Shown here in pieces: positions 55,281 to 64,000 of a stretch of 64,000 nt of DNA. The position numbers were made by a program, and so were the translations under genes. Under the pieces are notes generated by a model. The model did no database searches, was not told the origin of the DNA, and saw only the letters and a program-made list of their open reading frames with translations. Each line of letters starts with the position of its first letter. The stretch's first letter is position 1. This DNA is from an uncultured delta proteobacterium (lineage in GTDB: Bacteria; Myxococcota_A; Polyangia; Polyangiales; Polyangiaceae): positions 128,001 through 192,000 of the forward strand of contig CAVOKF010000006.1 of the NCBI GenBank assembly GCA_963696385.1, in the 5' to 3' direction.

Positions 55281-56132
55281 CGGGTGCTGGCCGAGCCTCG
55301 CACGGATGCGACGCGGGTGCGCCGGCTGCGATGGAAGCCGTAGGCCGCTCGGCGCCCAGGCAGTATCCGCGGCGTTCTTGGGATCCAGGCCTTCGTGCCG
55401 GCTGAGCTTCGGGGACCGAGGCGCAAAGCGCGAACGACGCCCGATCGCGACACGCTGCTCGTCTCCTTGCGCCTGCATCGACTCATGGGGAAGGGTAAGC
55501 GTAAAAAGTGAAAAGTTCCGTTCCGGTTGTGGCGACGCTCGAGGTCGAGTTGGCCCGCACGACCGCGGAGCCAGCGCCTCTACATCGTCCGGCGGATGCT
55601 GCCAATCCGTGATCCGCGTCGTAAACTGAATCGACGCTGCCGCGGAGCGGTGCCGTTTCTGGCCTGAAGTCGAAATCGACGACGACCGTTCTGGCGCTCC
55701 CACACGCTCGCGGCGCCGGTCCTCGTGGTGGGGCGCCACCCACGGGCTTCCCGACGCCAGTCCGTCGGCGATCCAACGGTCAGCACATCCATTATTACAG
55801 TGCCACGGACATGCCGTTGCCGCGGACGTATCAGAACGATGTCGGGCCTGGGAATCCGAAACAGAACACAGCGCAAGTCCATTGGCAGTTCTTGGCGGCT
55901 CACGGGCTATCGGCCACCCCGTTCGGTCTCTGCGAACGGGGACCGGACTGACCGAGACGGCCGGATAAGACACGGGCATTACGCACCTGAGGACCGGTCC
56001 GCGTCCCGCGTTCCGATCGCCCGAAGGCGACTCGGCGCTGGGCACGCGGGCGGCTGCCATTTTGGCGATCGGAACTCGGATATTGTGTCGCGCGTGCGTC
56101 GTTCGGGGTGCATACTGCGCGGAGAGGCCAAT

Positions 56133-57503
56133 TTGGAGAAGCGCACGAGGACATCGGGCTGGCTCGCGCTCGCCGTTGCGGTGCTGAGCGGATGCGGGTC
56201 GAGTTCGCCGGCATCGGGGGTCAACACGGGTTCCTCCACCGGCACGGGTTCGTCCACGGGCGCGACTCAAACGAGTACGACGGGAACAGGGAACTCGACG
56301 GGGACGGGCTCTTCGAGCACCGGCGGCAGCGGGGGGAGCTCGACCGGCGGCTCAAGCAGTAGCTCGAGCGTCTCGACCCCGGCGGCGGACGCGGGGTCGG
56401 GCGGCAGCGCGCCGCCGGACGCGTCGGTGTCCGACGCGGGTACGGGGCAGACGGGCGACGATGGGGCCGCACCCGGCAACCCCACCGAGCCCGCCGACGC
56501 GGCCGCGGCCGTGCGGTTCGTCGCGAGGGTGGACTACGAGAGCGCGACGGGCCCACGCTTCGCGTGGTCGGGAAGCACGATTCTGGCTCAGTTTACGGGC
56601 AATTCGATCGGCATCCGACTGTCGGGCGCCGCGAAGTACTTCGATGTGACGATCGACGGCACGCTGCAGACTCCGCCGCTGCTGCTGGCGGCCGGCACGA
56701 CCGACTATCCGCTGGCGACGAATCTCGACGGGGGAACCCACCAGCTCAGCGTATTTCGTCGCAACGAGCCCGTCCTGCCCGGTACGGGGTCGGGGGATAC
56801 GACGTATCTCGGGTTGATTCTCGCCGACGGCGGGGCCCTGCTGCCGCCCACTGCGCCATCGGCGCGACGAATCGAAATCGTGGGCGATTCGGTGACCTCG
56901 GGCTACGGCGACGACAGCGTCAATGGCGCGTGCCCGAACGCCCTTTTGGCGCAGAACTACGACGTCGCGTACGGAGCGGTCGCCGCGCACACGCTCGGGG
57001 CTGATCTCATCACGATTGCCTGGACGGGCAAGGGGATGTATCGCAACGACGACGGGACGACCACCGACACGATGCCCGATATGTACGGGCTGGCGCTTCC
57101 GGACGTCACGACGAGCACGTGGAATTTCGCATCGTGGATTCCCGATGCCGTGGTCATTTATCTGGGCAATAACGACTTCGGCCAAGGCGATCCGGGTCAG
57201 TCGTACGTGACGACCTATCGGACGTTCATCGCGCGGGTTCGGACGAACTATCCGAGCGCGCTCATCGTCTGCACGATCGGACCGAACCTCACCGACCCGA
57301 AACTCAGCGAAGAGCGCACGTACGTCCAAGGCATCGTCAACGCGGAGAACACCGATGCCGGGGACACGAACGTGGTCTTTCTCGAGATGCCCCAGCCGCT
57401 GGCGTCTGAAGGGACCGGTTGCGGAGGACATCCCCTGGCCGCGACTCACGCACGCATGGGCGCGGCTCTTGTGACGCTGCTCCAGACCAAACTCGGCTGG
57501 TAG
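56133..57503 (+). CDS. SGNH/GDSL esterase lipoprotein (CE2-like)
   Basis: GGAGAGG RBS with TTG start, LSGC lipobox, IEIVGDSVTSGYG, LGNND, GHP. Confidence 0.85.
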   Translation: MEKRTRTSGWLALAVAVLSGCGSSSPASGVNTGSSTGTGSSTGATQTSTTGTGNSTGTGSSSTGGSGGSSTGGSSSSSSVSTPAADAGSGGSAPPDASVSDAGTGQTGDDGAAPGNPTEPADAAAAVRFVARVDYESATGPRFAWSGSTILAQFTGNSIGIRLSGAAKYFDVTIDGTLQTPPLLLAAGTTDYPLATNLDGGTHQLSVFRRNEPVLPGTGSGDTTYLGLILADGGALLPPTAPSARRIEIVGDSVTSGYGDDSVNGACPNALLAQNYDVAYGAVAAHTLGADLITIAWTGKGMYRNDDGTTTDTMPDMYGLALPDVTTSTWNFASWIPDAVVIYLGNNDFGQGDPGQSYVTTYRTFIARVRTNYPSALIVCTIGPNLTDPKLSEERTYVQGIVNAENTDAGDTNVVFLEMPQPLASEGTGCGGHPLAATHARMGAALVTLLQTKLGW

Positions 57504-57772
57504 CTGGGGCGGATCGAATTCACCCGGTGGGTGACCGAGGCCCGCTAGGCGGGATGGTTCATGTTCGACAAGGCTGTCCACTTCCCGTAGGCGCGGATCG
57601 CGGCAAAGCGCATCGGCGTCGCTCGCCGTCGCAGGCCGTCTCCGCTCGCCTCTTCGTCGCGTGCCCGCACCCCCGCCGCCTCACCCGGGCCGCCGTCCCG
57701 AGTGGCACGACGCTGTGGTAGCCTAGCGCCGGCCCGGGCGTTCCTCACGCTCCTGGGCAAAGGAGACATCCC

Positions 57773-58312
57773 GTGAAACTCAGCGCATTCGCCCTCTCTG
57801 CAGCCGCGCTCGTCGCCGGTCTCGGACTTTGCACCTCGCCCGCGCGCGCCCAACAGTCGTGTATGAACGACAGCGATTGCACGGAAGGCGGTACGGAATG
57901 CGGCTCCAATATATGCGATTTCGGCAACTCGATCTGCGTCCCCGCCGACGCGGGCACGGGTTGGTGCACGCCAAGCAACACGCCTAGCAATGTGAACTGC
58001 AAATGCGCCTCATTGGGCGCCCAATGCGTTAGTTTCACCTGTGAAAACGACGCGGGCCAGTTGTTTGTTACTCCCCACTCGACCGGCACGACCTCGAGCT
58101 CCAGCAGCTCGGAAAGCACCAGCGCCGCAAGCTCGGCCAGCAGTAGCTCAAGCTCCGGCGCGGAGAGCACCGGCTCGGAAAGCACCGCCGGCAGCTCCAA
58201 GTCGGGAGGGTGCGCGGTGAGCGCCGGCAGATCCTCGAGTTCCCCATGGACGGTGGCAGGGCTGGCACTCGCCGGCTGTCTCGTGGCGGCGCGTCGCCGC
58301 CGGCGCCTCTGA
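57773..58312 (+). CDS. Cys-rich MYXO-CTERM surface protein
   Basis: Signal peptide; C-terminal GGCAV..TM..RRRRR. Confidence 0.85.
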   Translation: MKLSAFALSAAALVAGLGLCTSPARAQQSCMNDSDCTEGGTECGSNICDFGNSICVPADAGTGWCTPSNTPSNVNCKCASLGAQCVSFTCENDAGQLFVTPHSTGTTSSSSSSESTSAASSASSSSSSGAESTGSESTAGSSKSGGCAVSAGRSSSSPWTVAGLALAGCLVAARRRRRL

Positions 58313-58435
58313 TGTCATCGCGGCAGACGCCTCTGCCGAACACGCCGCCGTCGACTCGTGGCGTCGCCGCGATCTCGACGAGTGCGGAGCGCGCGTAGGA
58401 TTGGGCGAAAAAAGATGGGGTCGCGACGCTCGCCG

Positions 58436-59251
58436 TCAGGCGGTTTCGAGGCCTCCCGCCTGCTGCGCGGCTCGTGCGATCAGGTCGTCGATGCGGTCTG
58501 CGGGCACACCGGCGCTCAGCAGATACCCCCGCGCGGTTTCCTCGGCGCCATTTTCCCCGTCGAGCCGCGCGACGACATCGGCTACGGCGACGAGCAGCGC
58601 ATAGGTTCGCCCGGCCGGCGCGTGATGCCAACGGCACCCCTCGACCACCGCGTCCGGCAGGCGCCATGCAATGGCAAGGTCTTCGCCCGCGACCGTGTGC
58701 AGGTCGTCCACCGCCCGGGCGGCGACGGCGAGGGCGGCGGCGGCATCTCGGCGCTTGGCCAGAAGCTTCCAGCAACGCGCCCTGCCGATATCGTGCAGCA
58801 GCGCCGCCAGGAAGGCGATGTCCGGATCGAGGCGCAGGTTGCGCGCCAAGAGACGCGCGCACCGCGCCGCCCGCGCGCCGTGCTGGAACGTCGCCTCGAC
58901 GTGTTCGCGGAAGCACGGTGTGTCGATGAAGATCGACGTATACGCGACCTGATACAGCACGTCGCGAGTCGCCTGGGTGCCGAGGCGTACGGCGGCTTGG
59001 CGAACCGACGCGATCTTGGTCATCCCGGCTCGGGCGTACGACACCGAGTTGACCGCGGAGATGATTCGGGCTGCGAGCGGCGGGTCGTCGGCGGCGAAGT
59101 GCGCGAGCTCGTCGAAGTCGAGCCCCGGCGTGCGCGCGAGTCGGAGGGCCTCGGTGACGCCGCGGGGAAGAGTCGGCAGATCGCTCGTGCCTCGGGCGAG
59201 GTCGAGCTCGAGCTGGGTCTGCAGCGAAGGCGGCGAGGTCCGGACACTCAT
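58436..59251 (-). CDS. HDOD domain protein
   Basis: LPTLP, DPPLAARI, AFLAALLHDIG, WRLP..HH. Confidence 0.88.
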   Translation of the reverse strand: MSVRTSPPSLQTQLELDLARGTSDLPTLPRGVTEALRLARTPGLDFDELAHFAADDPPLAARIISAVNSVSYARAGMTKIASVRQAAVRLGTQATRDVLYQVAYTSIFIDTPCFREHVEATFQHGARAARCARLLARNLRLDPDIAFLAALLHDIGRARCWKLLAKRRDAAAALAVAARAVDDLHTVAGEDLAIAWRLPDAVVEGCRWHHAPAGRTYALLVAVADVVARLDGENGAEETARGYLLSAGVPADRIDDLIARAAQQAGGLETA

Positions 59252-60276
59252 GGGATCCGGCCGGGTGAGGGGATGTGCGCGCCGGTTACAGGATGGGCGC
59301 GGATCACCACGCGATCGCGCCCCAAGCGCTTGGCCTCATAGAGCGCTTCGTCCGCTCCCGACAGGAGCACGCCGCGCTCGACCAGGGTATCGCCCGTCGT
59401 TCCGGCGATTCCGATGCTGACGCTCAGATTGGCGGTGGCCGACTCCGACGCTTGCGACGCGCGGTTGCCGTTGGAAAGCCCTTGCCGAGGCGCCAGAAGG
59501 ATCTTGCGAATCGCGGCAAGGTAGCGTTGGCCGATGCGATCGGCGACGGCGAGAGCCGCGCCTCGCACGATGACGAGGAATTCGTCGCCGCCGTAGCGCG
59601 CAGCCACATCCCCCGTGCGGGCGCACACATTGAGAGCTCCGGCGACTTCCGCGATGATGCCGTCACCTGCCGCGTGGCCGTGCGTGTCGTTGATTTGCTT
59701 GAAATGGTCGATGTCGACCAGGACGGCGAGAATCGGCTCGCATCCTTCGAGCGCCCGGTCGAGGACGGCGTCTGCGGCCCGGCGATTGGACAGCCCCGTC
59801 AGGGCATCGGTCATCGCTGCGGACTTGAGCGACGCTCGCTCCGCCTTGACCCACTGCAGCGTCTCGCGGTCGCGACGGTTGCGGAGCTGGACCCGAACGC
59901 GGGCGCGAAGCTCGTCGAGGCGAAACGGAGTGACGACGTAATCGTCGGCTCCCGACAGAAGGCCCCGGACGACGCTTTGCTCATCCTGGAAGGCCGACGT
60001 AATCAAGATGATCGGCGTGAGACGCGTTTCATCCATCATTCGGAGGTCGCCACAAATCTCGAAGCCGGAGATCTCGGGAAGCATGACATCGAGAAGGACG
60101 AGATCGGGGGGATGGTCCCGGACATGCGCGATGACGCCGGTGCCTTCCGCCAGTGTGTCTACCGAGTAGCCCTCGTGGCTCAGCACCTTGGCGAACAGTT
60201 CCCGCCGAGCTCCGTCGTCGTCCACGACGAGGATGCGAGCCGGCCGGTCCGCCGGCGGAAGACTCTCGATGTGCAT
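59248..60276 (-). CDS. Response regulator-diguanylate cyclase (REC-GGDEF)
   Basis: ILVVDDD, LLDVMLP, DIDHFKQIND, RYGGDEF. Confidence 0.92.
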   Translation of the reverse strand: MHIESLPPADRPARILVVDDDGARRELFAKVLSHEGYSVDTLAEGTGVIAHVRDHPPDLVLLDVMLPEISGFEICGDLRMMDETRLTPIILITSAFQDEQSVVRGLLSGADDYVVTPFRLDELRARVRVQLRNRRDRETLQWVKAERASLKSAAMTDALTGLSNRRAADAVLDRALEGCEPILAVLVDIDHFKQINDTHGHAAGDGIIAEVAGALNVCARTGDVAARYGGDEFLVIVRGAALAVADRIGQRYLAAIRKILLAPRQGLSNGNRASQASESATANLSVSIGIAGTTGDTLVERGVLLSGADEALYEAKRLGRDRVVIRAHPVTGAHIPSPGRIP

Positions 60277-60504
60277 GAATCGCGCAAAGGAAAACGGCAC
60301 ACCGGCGCTTTTTCTGTACCCTGGTCGGCCGAGAACGCGAAATCCGGGCGATCCCGGACAGGATCGGGGGCGGGCGCCGTGGCCGTCCCCCCGCGTGGAT
60401 GGCGACGCCGGTGAGCCGAAAGGGACGACGGGGTTCGCTGCCGGCTCGGCACGTCGCGGCGCCGATTGCGCAGGGCGATCGGCGGCGGCAAACTCGCCCT
60501 GTCC

Positions 60505-61104
60505 ATGCGCCGCCGATGGCCGACGTCCGATCGCGATGAAGCGCTTCGTGCCATCGGGCGCGCGACGGCGATCGGCGCGGTCCTCTGCGCCGCTGGCTTC
60601 GGCGCCGGCTGTCTCACCGTGTTGCCTACCGACCTGCCCTCGACGCCGCCAGAGCCACCGACCATCGTGCACGACGCCGTTCAGCCGCCTGCCGACCAGC
60701 TCCTCGTCGAGTGGCCGTCCGAGCTCATCGTACCCGTTCAGGTCAATGACTCGAACGGGTCATTCACGTACGACGTCTTCGTCGATTACGACGGAAATTC
60801 GGACGACACTCCCTACTCCGTGGCACCGCCCGGCCAGCTGGGGACCGACGGCGGAATCGCCACCGTCACCATCCCGCTCCAGCCCCCAGCCGTACTCACG
60901 ACATGCCACACCATCCAGGTCTTGGTGGTCCGTGGTTTTGCCGTCACCGCGTCTGGAACGACTCTGTGGCACACGCCCAACGAGCTCGGCGGCGACAGTA
61001 TCACATGGTTCTACACGCCCGCCGATGGGATCGATGGGTGCGCGATCTACGACGCCGGGATCTACCAAGACGGAGCCACGCCGAGCGCCGACGACGGCGG
61101 CTGA
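60505..61104 (+). CDS. Hypothetical lipoprotein
   Basis: Lipobox GAGC; protein-like composition; start uncertain. Confidence 0.6.
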   Translation: MRRRWPTSDRDEALRAIGRATAIGAVLCAAGFGAGCLTVLPTDLPSTPPEPPTIVHDAVQPPADQLLVEWPSELIVPVQVNDSNGSFTYDVFVDYDGNSDDTPYSVAPPGQLGTDGGIATVTIPLQPPAVLTTCHTIQVLVVRGFAVTASGTTLWHTPNELGGDSITWFYTPADGIDGCAIYDAGIYQDGATPSADDGG

Positions 61105-61208
61105 CGCGTCTGCCCCTTCGTGTCTTGTCGGCGGGTGAAATCGTCCTGCTCGCCACCAGGTTCATTTCCCGGTTGGGAAAGTGGCCGCCGGCGGGACTAC
61201 ACTGGGGA

Positions 61209-61871
61209 GTGGGTTCGGGCTCGAGCTGCGGTTTTGTAAACGAAGCGAGGGATGACCGGCCACTACTCGGCGTGTCCACCGGAGCCGCAAGAATTCACGA
61301 GACGGTGGCGGCTGCGACGGGCGACGCGGCGGTCCCGTGGACGTTCGTGGCCGTCTACAAAGCGCACTTCGCGTTCGTCTGGCGAAGTGTGATTCGGCTC
61401 GGCGTCGTCCACAGCGCCGTCGATGACGTGGTCCAAGATATCTTTCTCGTGGTGCATCGCCAGCTTCCGCGCTTTCGCGGCGAGTCCTCCGTCCGGTCCT
61501 GGCTTTTCGCGATCGCGTCGCGCGTTGTGCGCGACTCGAGGCGATCGCTGCGCCGCAAACCAGCCAACCTCGGAGGGGGCGGGCGCGTGTGCGACAATGT
61601 CGACCTTTTGGCCCACGCGGCGCCGAGCCCGCAAGATACCGTGGCGGCTGCGGAGGCCGTGCGCACCCTTCATGCGGTGCTCGATGCCATGCCCAAAGAG
61701 CGACGCGAGGTGTTCATTCTCGCCGAGCTCGAGCAGATGAGTCTCGCGGATATCGCAGCGGCCGTGCAGGCCAACCCCAATACCGTGTCCTCCCGCCTGC
61801 GCGCTGCACGCGCGGACTTCGAGAAGGCGGTCGCCAGGGCGCGCGCGAGCGACCAAAGGAGAATCCGATGA
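61209..61871 (+). CDS. ECF sigma-70 factor (start uncertain)
   Basis: FVWRSVIRLG..DDVVQDIF..SWLFAIA..REVFILAELE..TVSSRLRAAR. Confidence 0.9.
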   Translation: MGSGSSCGFVNEARDDRPLLGVSTGAARIHETVAAATGDAAVPWTFVAVYKAHFAFVWRSVIRLGVVHSAVDDVVQDIFLVVHRQLPRFRGESSVRSWLFAIASRVVRDSRRSLRRKPANLGGGGRVCDNVDLLAHAAPSPQDTVAAAEAVRTLHAVLDAMPKERREVFILAELEQMSLADIAAAVQANPNTVSSRLRAARADFEKAVARARASDQRRIR

Positions 61872-62677
61872 CGGGGCTCGGGCCAGAGGCCAACGCGTTG
61901 CTCGAGGCGGCGCGCGGCGGTGACGAACCAACCCATGCGGACGAAGAACGCGTGTTGGCCGCGATCGGCAAGCGGTTGGCGGTCGGCGCCGCGAGTGGGA
62001 TCGCCGTCGCCGCGGCCGAGCGATCGACGGCGCCCGGCGGCGGGCTGGATCCGTCCGCAGTCGCCGCCGTGCGCGTGGGATGGGCGACCAAGGTTCTGGT
62101 TGGGTTGGCGCTCGTCGGTGCGATGGGCGCGGGCGCCTCCATGCTCGCCCGTACGACGCATCGGCCCGCGGTGCGCGCGGGTTCTACGGCGACCGCCGCG
62201 CCGACATCGGGCGAAGTCCTCGCGCTCGTTCCGGATCGGCCGAACGGCGCCGCGAGCCCCGAGGCGCCCGCCGCAACGACTGCCGCTTCGCACGGGGAAG
62301 GCTTCCGTGCGAGCCCGAGAACGATGCCGGGCCCGAGTGTTACGCCGGCGGCTGCGTCGTCCTCGCGCGTCGCACCGCCGACGGGCGACGTCGCGGCCGA
62401 GGTTCGTCTTCTTTCCGAAGCTCATGCGGCCCTACGAGGCGGGGAGGCGGAGCGTGCCCTCGGTCTTCTCGACGAGCACGTGCGCCGCTACCCGAGGGGC
62501 GCTCTCGGGCAAGAGCGCGACGCCGATCGAATCGCTGCGCTCTGCGCGCTCGGACGCGTCGTCGAGGCCCGAGAAGCGGCCGATCGGTTTCTGCGCCTTG
62601 CGCCCTGGTCGCCTCTGGCGGGGCCGGTTCGAGCCTCCTGCGGCGGCCCGCTTGCGAGGCCCACGCCGCCGATTTGA
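61868..62677 (+). CDS. Probable membrane anti-sigma factor with C-terminal TPR-like helices
   Basis: ATGA overlap with the sigma gene, one TM segment, 'AEVRLLSEAHAAL..RYPRGAL.QER..ALC'. Confidence 0.75.
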   Translation: MTGLGPEANALLEAARGGDEPTHADEERVLAAIGKRLAVGAASGIAVAAAERSTAPGGGLDPSAVAAVRVGWATKVLVGLALVGAMGAGASMLARTTHRPAVRAGSTATAAPTSGEVLALVPDRPNGAASPEAPAATTAASHGEGFRASPRTMPGPSVTPAAASSSRVAPPTGDVAAEVRLLSEAHAALRGGEAERALGLLDEHVRRYPRGALGQERDADRIAALCALGRVVEAREAADRFLRLAPWSPLAGPVRASCGGPLARPTPPI

Positions 62678-62830
62678 CCGCCGCGGCATACGGTTCGTCG
62701 GTGCCCTCGCGCGCGGGAACCTCTGAGAGCGCCGGCAGTCCTCGCCGGCAGTCCTCGATCGGGGCACCCCCCGTCGCGCGGCGCGCGAGCAGGGCCGCAG
62801 AGAGTCTTCGCGTGCTATGGCTCAGCCGCT

Positions 62831-63934
62831 ATGGCCTCCGGTCCGCAGCGCGGCTCGGGTCTCGCTGTCCGCCCTCCTGTCCTTCCCATGCTCGCGAAGC
62901 GCATCGGCGAGTTGCCGAGCGGCGAGGGATGGATCTTCGAGCCCAAGTGGGATGGGTTTCGCGCCATCGTCTTTCGCGACCAGGACGAGTGCATCGTGCA
63001 GAGTCGCGAGGGAAAAGAGCTCCAGCGCTATTTTCCCGAAGTGGTCGCTACCCTTCTTGCCCAGCTGCCGGAGCGATGCGTGCTCGACGGCGAAATCGTC
63101 GTTGCGCGCGGCGGGGCGCTCGACTTCGAGGCGCTGCAGCAGCGAATTCATCCTGCGGCGTCACGCGTCACGCTCCTTGCCCGCGAGAGCCCCGCGTCCA
63201 TCGTCTTTTGGGACGTACTGGCCGAAGGCGACCGCGACTGGCAGAAATCGCCGTTTGAAAACCGGCGCGCCCTGCTCGAGACGCTGCTGTGCGGCGTGCA
63301 CCCGCCCGTCCACCTTACGCCGGCCACACGGGATCGATCCATCGCCACGGACTGGTTCGAGCGCTTCGAGGGCGCCGGGCTCGACGGGGTGATGGCGAAG
63401 CCGGCCGCGGGGACCTACGAGCCCAATCAGCGGGTCATGTTCAAGGTCAAGCACGAGCGCGAGTGCGACTGCGTCGTAGGCGGCTTTCGCTGGCACAAGG
63501 GGGGCGCGGGTACTGAAATCGGCTCGCTCTTGCTCGGACTGCACGACCGGACCGGTGTACTCCAGCACGTGGGAGTCTGCGCGAACTTCACCGCGTTGAA
63601 GCGTCGCGATCTCGTGGGCTTGCTCACTCCCTATCGTCTCGACGCGCGGGTCGGTCATCCTTGGAAGCATTGGGCGGATCCTGCGCCCGCAACGGACTTG
63701 CGTGCGCCGGGCGCCAAGAGCCGTTGGAGCCAGGGCAAAGACCTGTCGTGGGAGCCGCTCCGTCCGGAGCTCGTCGCGCAAGTGGGCTACGACCACATGC
63801 AAGGCACCCGTTTCCGCCACACGGCTCAGTTTCACCGCTGGCGCGAGGACAAGAAGCCCATCGAGTGCACGTTCGACCAATTGGAAGTCGCCGCGCCGCA
63901 CGAGCTTGCGGCGATCTTCGCCACCGGCCGGTGA
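62831..63934 (+). CDS. ATP-dependent DNA ligase (LigC-like)
   Basis: PMLAK, EPKWDGFR, LDGEIV, GLDGVMAK, RFRH. Confidence 0.92.
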   Translation: MASGPQRGSGLAVRPPVLPMLAKRIGELPSGEGWIFEPKWDGFRAIVFRDQDECIVQSREGKELQRYFPEVVATLLAQLPERCVLDGEIVVARGGALDFEALQQRIHPAASRVTLLARESPASIVFWDVLAEGDRDWQKSPFENRRALLETLLCGVHPPVHLTPATRDRSIATDWFERFEGAGLDGVMAKPAAGTYEPNQRVMFKVKHERECDCVVGGFRWHKGGAGTEIGSLLLGLHDRTGVLQHVGVCANFTALKRRDLVGLLTPYRLDARVGHPWKHWADPAPATDLRAPGAKSRWSQGKDLSWEPLRPELVAQVGYDHMQGTRFRHTAQFHRWREDKKPIECTFDQLEVAAPHELAAIFATGR

Positions 63935-64000
63935 GCCCCGAATGGGCCGGTCACCCGCCCGGTCCCGGGTGCGGTGTCCCCCGATCGCCCTTTGGGGGTC

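Noticed and set aside
55281..56132. Long N-terminal extensions of the cytochrome and SGNH ORFs, and a sigma54-like motif at 55801-55816 (-)
   Set aside because: Signal peptides define later starts. The motif is weaker and precedes no convincing gene.

Overview
High-GC window that looks myxobacterial (Polyangiaceae/Sorangium-like, inferred from MYXO-CTERM, Cys-rich lipoproteins, DUF4388/roadblock and integrase style). 1-9.5 kb is the end of an integrative element at the 3' end of tRNA-fMet. It carries an IS91-like transposase, a Tn4371-type RHH gene, IS3, a minisatellite, an M28 peptidase, an excisionase with a sigma54-like promoter, and a tyrosine integrase whose ORF runs antisense through the tRNA. 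9.6-22.7 kb holds a CTP-synthase-like pseudogene, TetR/EmrB/EmrA/TolC, SRPBCC, FtsH and tandem repeats. It also holds five IS630-type elements (MITE-B, MITE-A, IS630, MITE-A, MITE-B) stacked at one CTAG inside an IS110 remnant. 22.7-44.7 kb is a nitrogen-scavenging island: porin, biuH, trtA, permease, urtABCDE, a plant/fungal-like urease set without ureE, atzF and amtB. 44.7-64 kb has a phosphohexomutase, Cys-rich surface proteins (one with beta-defensin-like spacing), N-formylglutamate amidohydrolase, GT39, a tetraheme cytochrome fusion, SGNH esterase, HDOD/GGDEF, ECF sigma/anti-sigma and an ATP-dependent ligase. Several genes carry +1 homopolymer frameshifts that may be sequencing errors. 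All family calls come from motif recognition; no database searches were run.
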